In this document: piece after piece, positions 18,408-27,357 of the stretch
Position numbering within the stretch: the first letter of the stretch is position 1
Layout: every line of letters starts with the position of its first letter
Assembly: GCA_021463645.1 (NCBI GenBank)
Contig: JAJTYI010000004.1
Span: 110,277 to 174,276, forward strand
From: a bacterium
GTDB taxonomy: Bacteria > Patescibacteriota > Dojkabacteria > B142 > OLB20
Direction: 5' to 3'
Length of the DNA: 64,000 nucleotides
Translations under genes and position numbers: made by a program
The notes under the pieces: generated by a model
The model's input: only the letters and a program-made list of their open reading frames with translations
Told to the model about the DNA's origin: nothing
The model's database searches: none

Positions 18408-19502
18408 ATGGCTATTGAAATAGATACAACACAATTTAATATACCTCCGGGAAAAACTTTAAAGGAACAAATAAAGTATTTGGGTATGTCACAGAAGGAA
18501 TTGTCTGAAAGGATGGGGATTACCGAGAAAGCTGTTAGCCATATTATTACTGGTAAAGTAGCAGTTAGTTTAGATACTGCACTTAAATTAGAGACAATAC
18601 TTGGGATAGATGCTGATTTTTGGCTTAACTTAGAAGCTAATTACCAGATTAATAAGGCTAAAAACACAGAAACAATAATAGATAATACTGAATTAGAATT
18701 AGCAAAACTTTATACATGCTATAAATTTTTAGTTAGAAGAAACCTTGTACAAAGTAGTAGGAATTATGTTGTTAGAGTTCGAGAATTAAGAAGTTTTTTT
18801 GGAGTTTCCAATCTAGCATATATATCCAAATTAGATTATGGCGCGGCTTTCAGAAAGTCGGATTACAAAGAACTAGATAGATATGCATTGAGTATACTAC
18901 TCCGAATTGGAGAGATTGAAGCCAATGAGATGTTGGTAGGTAGTTATGACGCGATACTTCTTAAACAGTCTTTAAAAGAAATAAAGAAATTAACGAGATT
19001 AGATTTAAGTGTAGCCTTAAAAGAACTTAAGAATCTATTTGATCGTGCAGGATTAAAAATTGTCTATACTCCATTCATTCCGAATACTATGGTGAACGGG
19101 GTTGTTAAATGGATGGGAAGTACTCCTGTTATACAAATGACTGATTTTAGGAAATCAGCTGATATATTTTGGTTTACCTTATTTCATGAATTAGGGCATG
19201 TATTATTGCATGCTAATAAAAAGACACGATATGTGGATTCGTATGACATTAAAGTGGATTCTCAGGAGGAACAAGAGGCTGACAATTTTGCACAAAATGA
19301 ACTAATACCAAAAGAACAGTATGCACTGTTTCTTAAAGAAGGAAATTTCTTTGAAGCAGCAATTAATAGATTTGCAAAGAAAATTGGTATTTCACCAGAT
19401 ATTGTTGCTGGAAGACTTGCGTATGATAGGCAAGTTGATAGTTTTGGGTTTGAATTCGCGCATAAATACAGGAGAGCTCTTGACTTCGAAGTTATGTTAT
19501 AA
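18408..19502 (+). CDS. higA: HigA-family antitoxin with ImmA/IrrE metallopeptidase domain
   Basis: PPGKTLKE..GMSQKELSERMG HTH, FWLNLE, FWFTLFHELGHVLLH, EQEADNFA. Confidence 0.9.
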   Translation: MAIEIDTTQFNIPPGKTLKEQIKYLGMSQKELSERMGITEKAVSHIITGKVAVSLDTALKLETILGIDADFWLNLEANYQINKAKNTETIIDNTELELAKLYTCYKFLVRRNLVQSSRNYVVRVRELRSFFGVSNLAYISKLDYGAAFRKSDYKELDRYALSILLRIGEIEANEMLVGSYDAILLKQSLKEIKKLTRLDLSVALKELKNLFDRAGLKIVYTPFIPNTMVNGVVKWMGSTPVIQMTDFRKSADIFWFTLFHELGHVLLHANKKTRYVDSYDIKVDSQEEQEADNFAQNELIPKEQYALFLKEGNFFEAAINRFAKKIGISPDIVAGRLAYDRQVDSFGFEFAHKYRRALDFEVML

Positions 19503-19700
19503 ATGAATTATAATCATTGACTGAAAGCGTTTATAATAAACGCTACAAGATATTGCTTGCTTCGTTTTAATTAATAATTTTGTTGCCGAGCTATTGCAAT
19601 GAGTTGATTGGTATAAAAAATGATAAGAATATTCCGCCGTAAGTGAAGATACGGAAAGACAATTAAATAGTTGGAAAGTTAATATTTAAAAAAAACTAAG

Positions 19701-19892
19701 ATGAAGAGAAATCAAGATATTCCTTCAATGAACCTTAATGACCTTGCTAGAGTAATTGGCAATGAAAGAGAATTCAGTAAATATGGGAAAGAAAAGAAGA
19801 CTGAAGATAAGCGTGCATTTAAAGATGAGAAAGGTATTTTTAGAGAGATGTCGGATAAGTTAGGAAAAGGTAAAATTATTGTGTCTGATTAA
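19701..19892 (+). CDS. Small basic hypothetical protein
   Basis: 63-aa ORF overlapping the start of the HEPN gene. Confidence 0.4.
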   Translation: MKRNQDIPSMNLNDLARVIGNEREFSKYGKEKKTEDKRAFKDEKGIFREMSDKLGKGKIIVSD

Positions 19893-21186
19893 TTATGGAA
19901 TTAGGATTAAAACTTCTGAACTTATGCATAAAGCCGCTAAGACAAAACTTGACGATTTCCTAGAAGTAGTAAAAGTATACGAAGGTATTAGTGCCTTCTG
20001 GTTTTTTCACAAGTCTACAGAAAATTGTTTAAAACCCTTATACGAAGTATTGAAGAGTATTAACCCCTCAATTCAAGACTTTATACAAGAAGAGGATATA
20101 GGCTTTATTATTTGTGATGAAATTACTAAACACCTAAGAACGAAGACTGAAGTAAGTGGAAAAATTTCTACCATCGAACGCTGGCAAAAGTACTTCAATA
20201 GTGATGAAATAGAACCTATGAAATCCAAAATAATGAGGATGTTGGATAGTATACCATTAGAATACAAATTAATACTTACGCTTGGAGAATCTTCATGTGA
20301 AGGTTTTAAAAACCTATCACTTGAAATGGGGCAGGGCTTGAATTTAGTTGGAGTTGATCCCAAAGCTTTGCCAATTGTAGGAGAATTAGGTATCTACCCA
20401 AGACTATCGGCAGAATACTATGAGGAGAGAGTTTTAAGAAGTGGAAGCCATCTAGCAATAATAAAACACTTTAAAGGATATACACAAAATGCTAAAGAGA
20501 CATATAGTGTTAACAAGGCTCTAGAAAGTATTGATATGTTTATTTCACTTGGAATCATCTTTGGTCTTTTCGCAATTAGAAAACAGTTTATTGTAGATCT
20601 GGTGTCACAAAAGTATATTACTATTGTAAATAAAAATAATAAATTTGTCGGTCTCTTTAACTTACCTTACGATAAATCAAAAACTTTGCACAACCTGATT
20701 ATTATTGACAGGAATAATTTTGCATCAGAAGTTATTCATAAAACTAAACATATAAATAGTTATCTAGATCTATTGACTAACAAAATGAATGAAGATGCTA
20801 AAGAATTTACTAATAAAATCAATAATATTCTTTACTGGTTCCTAACGGGTACTACATCGACTAATCAAACCCTTGGATTCATAAGTTTAATGACATGTTT
20901 TGAAAGTTGCTATTCAGGACCAGATGAATCAAGGGAAAAAGATCAAACCTTAACAAAAAAGGCAAGTTATTTTATTGCCTTTCATTATGGTGAAAGGAGA
21001 CAGATATATTTAGATCTAGAAAAGATAAGGATTCTTAGGAATAAAGTGATCCATGAGGGGTTTAAACTAGAGTCGGATGAAGATCTCTTATTGAAATCAA
21101 TCCTAATAGAATACCTAAAGACAACGATAGCTAAAGAATTGATAATGTACCTGGATAATAAAGCCTCTTCAAACGAAGTAATCTAG
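19879..21186 (+). CDS. HEPN-domain protein (ApeA-like C-terminus), putative defence RNase
   Basis: FISLMTCFE followed by RNKVIH (Rx4H) near the C-terminus. Confidence 0.7.
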   Translation: MCLINYGIRIKTSELMHKAAKTKLDDFLEVVKVYEGISAFWFFHKSTENCLKPLYEVLKSINPSIQDFIQEEDIGFIICDEITKHLRTKTEVSGKISTIERWQKYFNSDEIEPMKSKIMRMLDSIPLEYKLILTLGESSCEGFKNLSLEMGQGLNLVGVDPKALPIVGELGIYPRLSAEYYEERVLRSGSHLAIIKHFKGYTQNAKETYSVNKALESIDMFISLGIIFGLFAIRKQFIVDLVSQKYITIVNKNNKFVGLFNLPYDKSKTLHNLIIIDRNNFASEVIHKTKHINSYLDLLTNKMNEDAKEFTNKINNILYWFLTGTTSTNQTLGFISLMTCFESCYSGPDESREKDQTLTKKASYFIAFHYGERRQIYLDLEKIRILRNKVIHEGFKLESDEDLLLKSILIEYLKTTIAKELIMYLDNKASSNEVI

Positions 21187-21387
21187 TTTCTTTTTATAAA
21201 CCACAGCCAGTACTTGCAGTTCCGCTACATCCAGTCTCCTCTCTGCACTCTCTATTTTGGAAATAAACGATTGTGGTTTACCTAATTTCTTTGCCACTTG
21301 TGCTTGTGTTAGATTTGCTTCTATACGAGCTTGTTTTAATCTTACAGCGACCTTCTTATAGGCTTTGGAGTGAAGCGGATTGGGCAT
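21169..21387 (-). CDS. XRE-family HTH transcriptional regulator
   Basis: LKQARIEANLTQAQVAKKLGKPQSFISKIESAERRLDVAEL. Confidence 0.9.
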   Translation of the reverse strand: MPNPLHSKAYKKVAVRLKQARIEANLTQAQVAKKLGKPQSFISKIESAERRLDVAELQVLAVVYKKKLDYFV

Positions 21388-21421
21388 GAGTATTATTGAT
21401 TATTAATCAATCTCATGTTAG

Positions 21422-21453
21422 TATCCTGATATCGGATATCCCAAAATAGGATA
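21422..21453. promoter_or_regulatory. Tandem palindromic operator TATCC-N7-GGATA (two copies)
   Basis: TATCCTGATATCGGATA (21422-21438) and TATCCCAAAATAGGATA (21437-21453), between the divergent XRE and lipoprotein genes. Confidence 0.65.
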
Positions 21454-21479
21454 TTAATTTATTTATTATTTTAAAAATC

Positions 21480-22025
21480 ATGAGGAAGAAAACAGCAGTA
21501 TTAATTTTTACATTAGTAATCTTCTCTTTACTACTTATGGGTTGTAGTGGGTCTTCGGGAGTGGATGTCAATAACCAAGGAGAGAAAGTAGATAATCAGG
21601 GGGTTTCTCCAACACAAATACAACCGGTACAAACTAAGTTCAAACAGAATGAAAGAATAAAACTAGGAGATTATGTAGTTATAGCTCAGTCATATACTGC
21701 TAGTCACACAGGAACAAATGAATTTGATCAACCTAAGGCTGGAAATAAATATGTAGCTGTGGAGGTCTTATACGAGAATTATACTAGTGATAAAACTATC
21801 TCTTATAATCCATATGACTGGAAGTTAATAGATTCGGAAGGGTACAATTACGAATATAGCTTTTTAGGAGCGAAAGAACCAGGGCTAAGTAGTGGAGATA
21901 TAAATCCATCAAGCAAGGTCAGAGGTTGGCTAACTTTTGAAGTTCCTACAAATTCACAGGAGCATGTTTTAAAGTTTACTCCTAGTTTTTGGAGTAATGA
22001 GAACATTGAAATAGAACTCTTTTAA
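21480..22025 (+). CDS. DUF4352-like lipoprotein
   Basis: Lipobox LLMGC; PKAGNKYVAVEV, YNPYDWKLIDSEG, VRGWLTFEVP. Confidence 0.8.
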   Translation: MRKKTAVLIFTLVIFSLLLMGCSGSSGVDVNNQGEKVDNQGVSPTQIQPVQTKFKQNERIKLGDYVVIAQSYTASHTGTNEFDQPKAGNKYVAVEVLYENYTSDKTISYNPYDWKLIDSEGYNYEYSFLGAKEPGLSSGDINPSSKVRGWLTFEVPTNSQEHVLKFTPSFWSNENIEIELF

Positions 22026-22086
22026 ATACCTGAGATGGTCTAAAGTCTTATTAGATGGTATAATTGGCTAAGAATTCCAATGTATA

Positions 22087-23268
22087 ATGAGTTTCAATGT
22101 CAAACCAATAAAATTAAATAAGTGGCATATAATTATTGTTCTATTACTTATTGTCTTACCTCAGGTTGTTCTCCCCGCACTTCTTATTTGGTGGTTCTAT
22201 AAAAAAGCTCCTATTGCAAAAAAATATAAAATAGTTACTACTCTTGTCGTAGGTGGTTTGTTCACACTTATAACTGCTTCCACAGTTATAGCCTATACAA
22301 TGGATGCTGAACCCGATTTAAACATAATTGAGCCCAATAATAATATAAGTATTGAGGCAGAGGGAATTTTAATTAAAGGTGAATATACACCCGAAGATAG
22401 GAAAGTCTGGATAAACAATGAAGAAATAGAAACAGATAATGGTCACTTTGAGTATTATTATAAGCTTTCTAGTGGTCTGAATGAGATTGAAATCGAAGCA
22501 GGTGATTGGAAGAGAGCAACAAAAAATTTAACGGTCACAAGGATACAAAAAGAGAGCATCAAAACAACTACAACTGAGATGCCGCAGATATTGTTTTTGG
22601 TTACAGAAGTTGTAGATGGTGATACCGTTAAGGTAAGTAGCGATGAAGGAGTAAGTACAGTTAGATTAATAGGAATCGATACTCCAGAAACAAAAGATCC
22701 CAGAACCACCGTACAATGTTTTGGTAATGAGGCCACAGCCTATCTAAAAAGCTTAATCGAAGGGAAATCAATATACTTACACACAGACGATTCGCAAGAC
22801 GATACTGATCAATACGGTCGGTTGTTAAGATACATTGTTCTAGAAGATGGTACAGAGATTAATAAAAAAATGGTCTCGGAGGGTTATGCGTATGAATACA
22901 CTTACCAAGTAGCATATCAGTATCAAAATGAGTTTAAAGCTGCTCAGGAACAAGCCAGGGAGCAGGAAAAAGGCTTGTGGGCAGAAAATACATGCTCAGG
23001 ACAAAGAGAACTTCCAACCCCTGTTCCTAGTTTAATACCAACAACAAGTGCTCCTCTACCATTAATAGGTAATCAGAGTAAACCAACCACAAAGCCAGCT
23101 ACGCCAACAAAAGCTCCTACAAATAACTCTGGCTTTACTTGTAATTGTGCAAAGACTTGCACGCAAATCACTTCCTGTTCAGAGGCATATTTTCAATTAA
23201 ATGAGTGTGGTTGTAAGGTAAGAGATTCAGATGATGATGGAATTCCTTGTGAAACCTTATGCCAATAA
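22087..23268 (+). CDS. Membrane-anchored thermonuclease (SNase) with C-terminal excalibur Ca-binding domain
   Basis: VVDGDTVKV, VRLIGIDTPET, DQYGRLLRY, KGLW; C-terminal DSDDDGIPCETLC. Confidence 0.9.
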   Translation: MSFNVKPIKLNKWHIIIVLLLIVLPQVVLPALLIWWFYKKAPIAKKYKIVTTLVVGGLFTLITASTVIAYTMDAEPDLNIIEPNNNISIEAEGILIKGEYTPEDRKVWINNEEIETDNGHFEYYYKLSSGLNEIEIEAGDWKRATKNLTVTRIQKESIKTTTTEMPQILFLVTEVVDGDTVKVSSDEGVSTVRLIGIDTPETKDPRTTVQCFGNEATAYLKSLIEGKSIYLHTDDSQDDTDQYGRLLRYIVLEDGTEINKKMVSEGYAYEYTYQVAYQYQNEFKAAQEQAREQEKGLWAENTCSGQRELPTPVPSLIPTTSAPLPLIGNQSKPTTKPATPTKAPTNNSGFTCNCAKTCTQITSCSEAYFQLNECGCKVRDSDDDGIPCETLCQ

Positions 23269-23404
23269 TTGAAATTTTGGCGAGATTATAGGAGTTTAAA
23301 AGCATGTATAGGCAAAATAGGATCGAATCGCACACCTCTCGAATTTTGTAAATTGCACAAAATGCAGACCTTAAAAGAGGGGAATTAGTTTTTAGAATCA
23401 AATA

Positions 23405-25051
23405 ATGATTGTCTTGGAAGATACTTACATGCAAAAACTGATGAAATATGGGGAACTAAAAGCTGAAGATTATTTACGGAGTAAGAAGAAAATATTTAGT
23501 GATGAACAACCTATCTATATAGTTTATGTTAGAAAATCTACTAAAGGAGAGGAGAAACAAGAAAGAAGCATTCCCGATCAACTGAAGCTTTGCAAAAAAA
23601 TAAGTACAGAGAAAAAGCTTAAGGTATATGATTTCTATGAGGAGAAAGGTAGTGCATTCATTTCCGATAATCGTCCAGTATTCCGTCAGATACTGAACCA
23701 CATTTCAAAATCTGGTGGTAGAAAATATAACTCTATCCTTGCATTTTCTCCAGATAGGTTATCCAGAAATATGAAAGAGGCAGGTGAGATTATTGACCTG
23801 CTTCACAGAGGTCAGATGATAGATTTACAGTTTTCCTCTTTCCCGTTTATGAATAATTCAGATGGTTTGATGAGTTTAGGGATTCATTTTGTATTAGCAA
23901 AGCAGTATTCAGACAATGTTTCTATGCATACAAATAAAGGTATTGATGGAACTGTAGAAGAAGGGAAAGGTTTAGCTCATCCAAAATGGGGATATAAATT
24001 TGCTTCAGAAGACTTACGACTTTTTCGACCGGATGGAAGAAATTTCCATCTTATACAAAAAGCTTTTATTCATGCTTTGGAAGTTAAATCCTTAGAAGAA
24101 ATTGCGGTCTTTCTTAATACTGAAGGATTTGAATTTAAAGGAAAGAAGATAATAGTTACTAAGAATAGACTGTCATCGATGTTTGCTAATCCATTTTATG
24201 CAGGTGTTTATGTATCGGGAAGTAAGGTTATAGAGATGGGAAAAGCTGATCCATTATTTGAGCCTGTGATGTCACCTAAGGACTTCTTTCGTATAAGAGA
24301 GCTATATAAGGATAGGAACCATAATTTGAAGCCCAATATTAACAATTTCCTCTTAAGAGGTATGGTATTTTGCAATTATTGCCAAAAAGAAATGAAGCCA
24401 GGGAAGCCTAAAGGAAATGGCGGAAGGTATCTAAGATTTGCATGCACTAATAAAAGATGCCCTAGGCATACTGAACTTGTAAAAGGGACTGCAAAGAAGT
24501 TTAAACGAGAGATTCGGGCAAAGATAATCTTTGAGTTTGTCGATAAGATACTAAAAGATGGCATCAAGGTAGACCAAAAACTGTATAGTAAATTCCTTAA
24601 AGCCGGGCAAGAAGATGCAGTTTATCAACTCAATAAGTTAGAACAAGACTTAAAAATCACTAGGAAAAAGATTACTGAAACTAACAATAAAATTAACTCT
24701 AAATTAGAGATGTTTGAAAGAGCAGAAAAGAAGGATGTCGGGAAGAGAATTGAAAAGCAAATACAGGAACTTGAAGAGGAGTTAACTAAGCTTTTAGATA
24801 TGGAAATCAAGCTTGAAACAGATCTCCAGAAAGCTAAGGAGGCATTAAAGCAGAGTCCTATCTTATATGAAGATTTTGTGAACTTGTTCGAATACTCAAA
24901 TGGGGTAATACAAAACAGTGATAATCAGTACTTGGTTGACTGGATGCTTAGACAGGTATTTATGAACTTCTATGTTGATAGTACCAATGTTGTTACATAT
25001 CAACTAAATCCAATGTTTGAGAACTATCTTAAAGTAGATATGTTTTTTTGA
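23405..25051 (+). CDS. Large serine recombinase (integrase)
   Basis: YVRKST catalytic motif, PDRLSRN, NPFYAG recombinase domain, CNYC/CTNKRC Zn ribbon, coiled coil. Confidence 0.92.
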   Translation: MIVLEDTYMQKLMKYGELKAEDYLRSKKKIFSDEQPIYIVYVRKSTKGEEKQERSIPDQLKLCKKISTEKKLKVYDFYEEKGSAFISDNRPVFRQILNHISKSGGRKYNSILAFSPDRLSRNMKEAGEIIDLLHRGQMIDLQFSSFPFMNNSDGLMSLGIHFVLAKQYSDNVSMHTNKGIDGTVEEGKGLAHPKWGYKFASEDLRLFRPDGRNFHLIQKAFIHALEVKSLEEIAVFLNTEGFEFKGKKIIVTKNRLSSMFANPFYAGVYVSGSKVIEMGKADPLFEPVMSPKDFFRIRELYKDRNHNLKPNINNFLLRGMVFCNYCQKEMKPGKPKGNGGRYLRFACTNKRCPRHTELVKGTAKKFKREIRAKIIFEFVDKILKDGIKVDQKLYSKFLKAGQEDAVYQLNKLEQDLKITRKKITETNNKINSKLEMFERAEKKDVGKRIEKQIQELEEELTKLLDMEIKLETDLQKAKEALKQSPILYEDFVNLFEYSNGVIQNSDNQYLVDWMLRQVFMNFYVDSTNVVTYQLNPMFENYLKVDMFF

Positions 25052-25162
25052 GAGTTTGATTGGATTTAAGTTAATTGATGAAATGGGGTGGTCATGCCTA
25101 CGCTAAAGCTACGGCAGACCTTACCCAGTGTATTTCTTCGCAAGCTCAGAAACACTGGGGTG
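25022..25162. repeat. 141-bp direct repeat (right copy), including double-hairpin/att element copy 3
   Basis: Matches 17752-17892; overlaps the recombinase stop codon and the tRNA CCA end. Confidence 0.95.
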
Positions 25163-25233
25163 GCAAATGGGACTCGAACCCACGACCTCCTCTTCCACAG
25201 AGAGGCGCTCTAACCAACTGAGCTATGATCACC
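25156..25233 (-). tRNA. tRNA-His(GUG), chimeric copy with mispaired acceptor stem (possible pseudogene)
   Basis: GGTGATCATAGCTCAGTTGGTTAGAGCGCCTCTCTGTGGAAGAGGAGGTCGTGGGTTCGAGTCCCATTTGCCACCCCA; A4:C69 and C6:U67 mismatches; TATAAT just upstream. Confidence 0.8.
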
Positions 25234-25422
25234 AAATTCATCACCAATTATAACAAATTCCCCACAAGCTCACAAAATAGGCTTATCCCACCCAATGTGT
25301 TAGAATGAAGCAGGATTTAAGTATAAATGAGTTGCTTTTTTTGTCGAGACGTATTTTGTCATAGGAAGTTGTAATTATTAACCTCCTCTAAAGTCTCCAC
25401 TTTACGAATTTTAATCATTAGG

Positions 25423-26298
25423 TTGATATATATGGACAATGCAACAAAATTATTGATTTTACCTTCAGTTAAAGGAGTTGATGAAATAGTCAGAGGGATT
25501 TCTACCCCTGTAGAATTTACAAAAGGAGATTTTAATAAAGTTAAATTCAGATTTAGAGACAACGGTGTAGAAATTCTTCATGCGGGTGTAGATCTTAAAG
25601 AATTTTCGTTTGTCTGGCTGTCTTCTTTTTGGGAATCAAGAGATCTGGCTTATGCAATCAAACTCTATCTTGATTTTCACAAAGTCCGGCATACATATGT
25701 TGAGAAAAGCACTTCTAAAATTACTGACCAAGTCGAATTTTCTCTAAATAGTATTTCATCTCCAAACACAGTTTTTATAGATTCGGCAAAGTTGGAAGAT
25801 TATGTTGAAAAAATAGAAGAAACTTGCGGTTATCCGCTTATTGTCAAAGATACCAAAGGCTCGCAAGGCAAGTTTTCCGCATTTGTGGAGAACCGAGAAC
25901 AGCTTATGAATCAGCACAAAAACTTGCCTGCGCATAGAAAATACTTCTTCCAGCAATTTATCGCCAATGAATATGATTGGGGAGTTTTGATTGCAAATGG
26001 TGAGATTGTTTCAGCCGAAAAAAGTTTTCCGACAAGAGACGAATTTAGAAACAACGCCTGCAACGGAGCCAAAGAAGTTTTTGTTGACGTCAGCGAAATC
26101 CCTCAGAGAGTGAAAGATATTGCTTTGGAAGCCGCGAGAGCACTCAAACTTTCATGGTCGAGAGTGGATATCATCGTAGATAAAGTTACTGATATTCCCT
26201 ATATCATGGAGATCAACAGAAGCCCGGGAGTGACTTCCGGAACAACCGAGATTGCCGGAGCACAGTCGTTTATAAATGCGCAGTTGGGTTTACTTTGA
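25423..26298 (+). CDS. RimK-family ATP-grasp ligase
   Basis: GYPLIVK..GSQG, FFQQFI, EFRNN...GA, SRVDII, MEINRSPG. Confidence 0.85.
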   Translation: MIYMDNATKLLILPSVKGVDEIVRGISTPVEFTKGDFNKVKFRFRDNGVEILHAGVDLKEFSFVWLSSFWESRDLAYAIKLYLDFHKVRHTYVEKSTSKITDQVEFSLNSISSPNTVFIDSAKLEDYVEKIEETCGYPLIVKDTKGSQGKFSAFVENREQLMNQHKNLPAHRKYFFQQFIANEYDWGVLIANGEIVSAEKSFPTRDEFRNNACNGAKEVFVDVSEIPQRVKDIALEAARALKLSWSRVDIIVDKVTDIPYIMEINRSPGVTSGTTEIAGAQSFINAQLGLL

Positions 26299-26344
26299 AA
26301 TAAAAAATATCTTCGTGATCAGTGATTTTACTAAAGTTTAGAGC

Positions 26345-27343
26345 TTAATTCACTGCCGATTGAACAAGTTGGTCGGAATGAATTTGGACATCAAGAGAAC
26401 CTTTTTTATATGGGTCTTCGCCATCTTCATCACCAGGGTTTTCTCTAGACATACCGATAAAATCGAGCAGATTTCTTCCGGTTTTCTGATGAAATGCCAT
26501 CATAATTTCATTAAAAGTTCCCTTGTTGACCATATTGCGGATATCGTCCACAGTTATTTGTCGATCAAGTATATTGTTATTATTAAGAAGTGCTGCTAAG
26601 GCATTTCCTGCTTCTAAAGCTGTAGAATAGGTACTTCCATTGATTGAAAAAGTATAAACTTCGGGATAACCATCCGCATTTAATCCATGCTCTTGAAGCC
26701 ATAATACTTGGAATAATTCGATAGTTCTTGCTTCGCCGCTGTTAAAACTCTTTGCCCAAGACTCGGCTGTATAGCCCAAAGTTTGCCAGGTAGGCCAATT
26801 ATCCGTGACTGTTTTATATATTTGAAATCTTTGGAAAATTTCTTCTGCTGGCAAAAGTGGAGAAATTTCAGTAGCTCGATCAATTTGAAAAGCAAGATGT
26901 GTAGGAACCGGGACTCCATTTATGACCTGTACAGGAGTAGAACCTAGGCTATCACCACGGCCAAATAACAGATGTCGATTTACGCTTGGTCCCGAAGCCA
27001 CAGGAATATTACCTACAAATGCAGCAATGTCTTTAGGTGTATTACTTTGTCTTAAAGCTTCTGCGGCTGGTTGATAGTTTGTAAATATATTTTGCAAAAC
27101 TGACATGGATTCGGGTGAGGATGCTTTCTCCGAAATCTCCGGAACTTGCCTTAGATCTTGGACGGTTGTGTTCTCAGCTCCAATAGATGCAAAATTAGGC
27201 TGAGCATCGGTGTTGGAGGCAATCAAGTCAGAACTTGGAGGAAGGGATGGTTTTTCTTCCAGGACCAAGCTAGCTACGACTCGATCCTTAAATCCTTTTG
27301 TCCTTCCCAAACCGTCATACATCGGATTGATACAAGTAACCAT
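26345..27343 (-). CDS. Hypothetical protein
   Basis: 332-aa ORF with no recognised motif. Confidence 0.6.
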   Translation of the reverse strand: MVTCINPMYDGLGRTKGFKDRVVASLVLEEKPSLPPSSDLIASNTDAQPNFASIGAENTTVQDLRQVPEISEKASSPESMSVLQNIFTNYQPAAEALRQSNTPKDIAAFVGNIPVASGPSVNRHLLFGRGDSLGSTPVQVINGVPVPTHLAFQIDRATEISPLLPAEEIFQRFQIYKTVTDNWPTWQTLGYTAESWAKSFNSGEARTIELFQVLWLQEHGLNADGYPEVYTFSINGSTYSTALEAGNALAALLNNNNILDRQITVDDIRNMVNKGTFNEIMMAFHQKTGRNLLDFIGMSRENPGDEDGEDPYKKGSLDVQIHSDQLVQSAVN

Positions 27344-27357
27344 ATGTACTATTCCTT

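Larger units (their letters stand above)
17752..25162. mobile_element. About 7.3-kb serine-recombinase genomic island at the tRNA-His 3' end
   Basis: Bounded by 141-bp direct repeats; intact recombinase next to the tRNA; toxin-antitoxin, HEPN and nuclease cargo. Confidence 0.8.

Noticed and set aside
12269..25162. Three-copy repeat as a CRISPR array or DGR template/variable pair
   Set aside because: Copies are kilobases apart with no spacers; no cas or reverse transcriptase gene; differences are few and not adenine-specific
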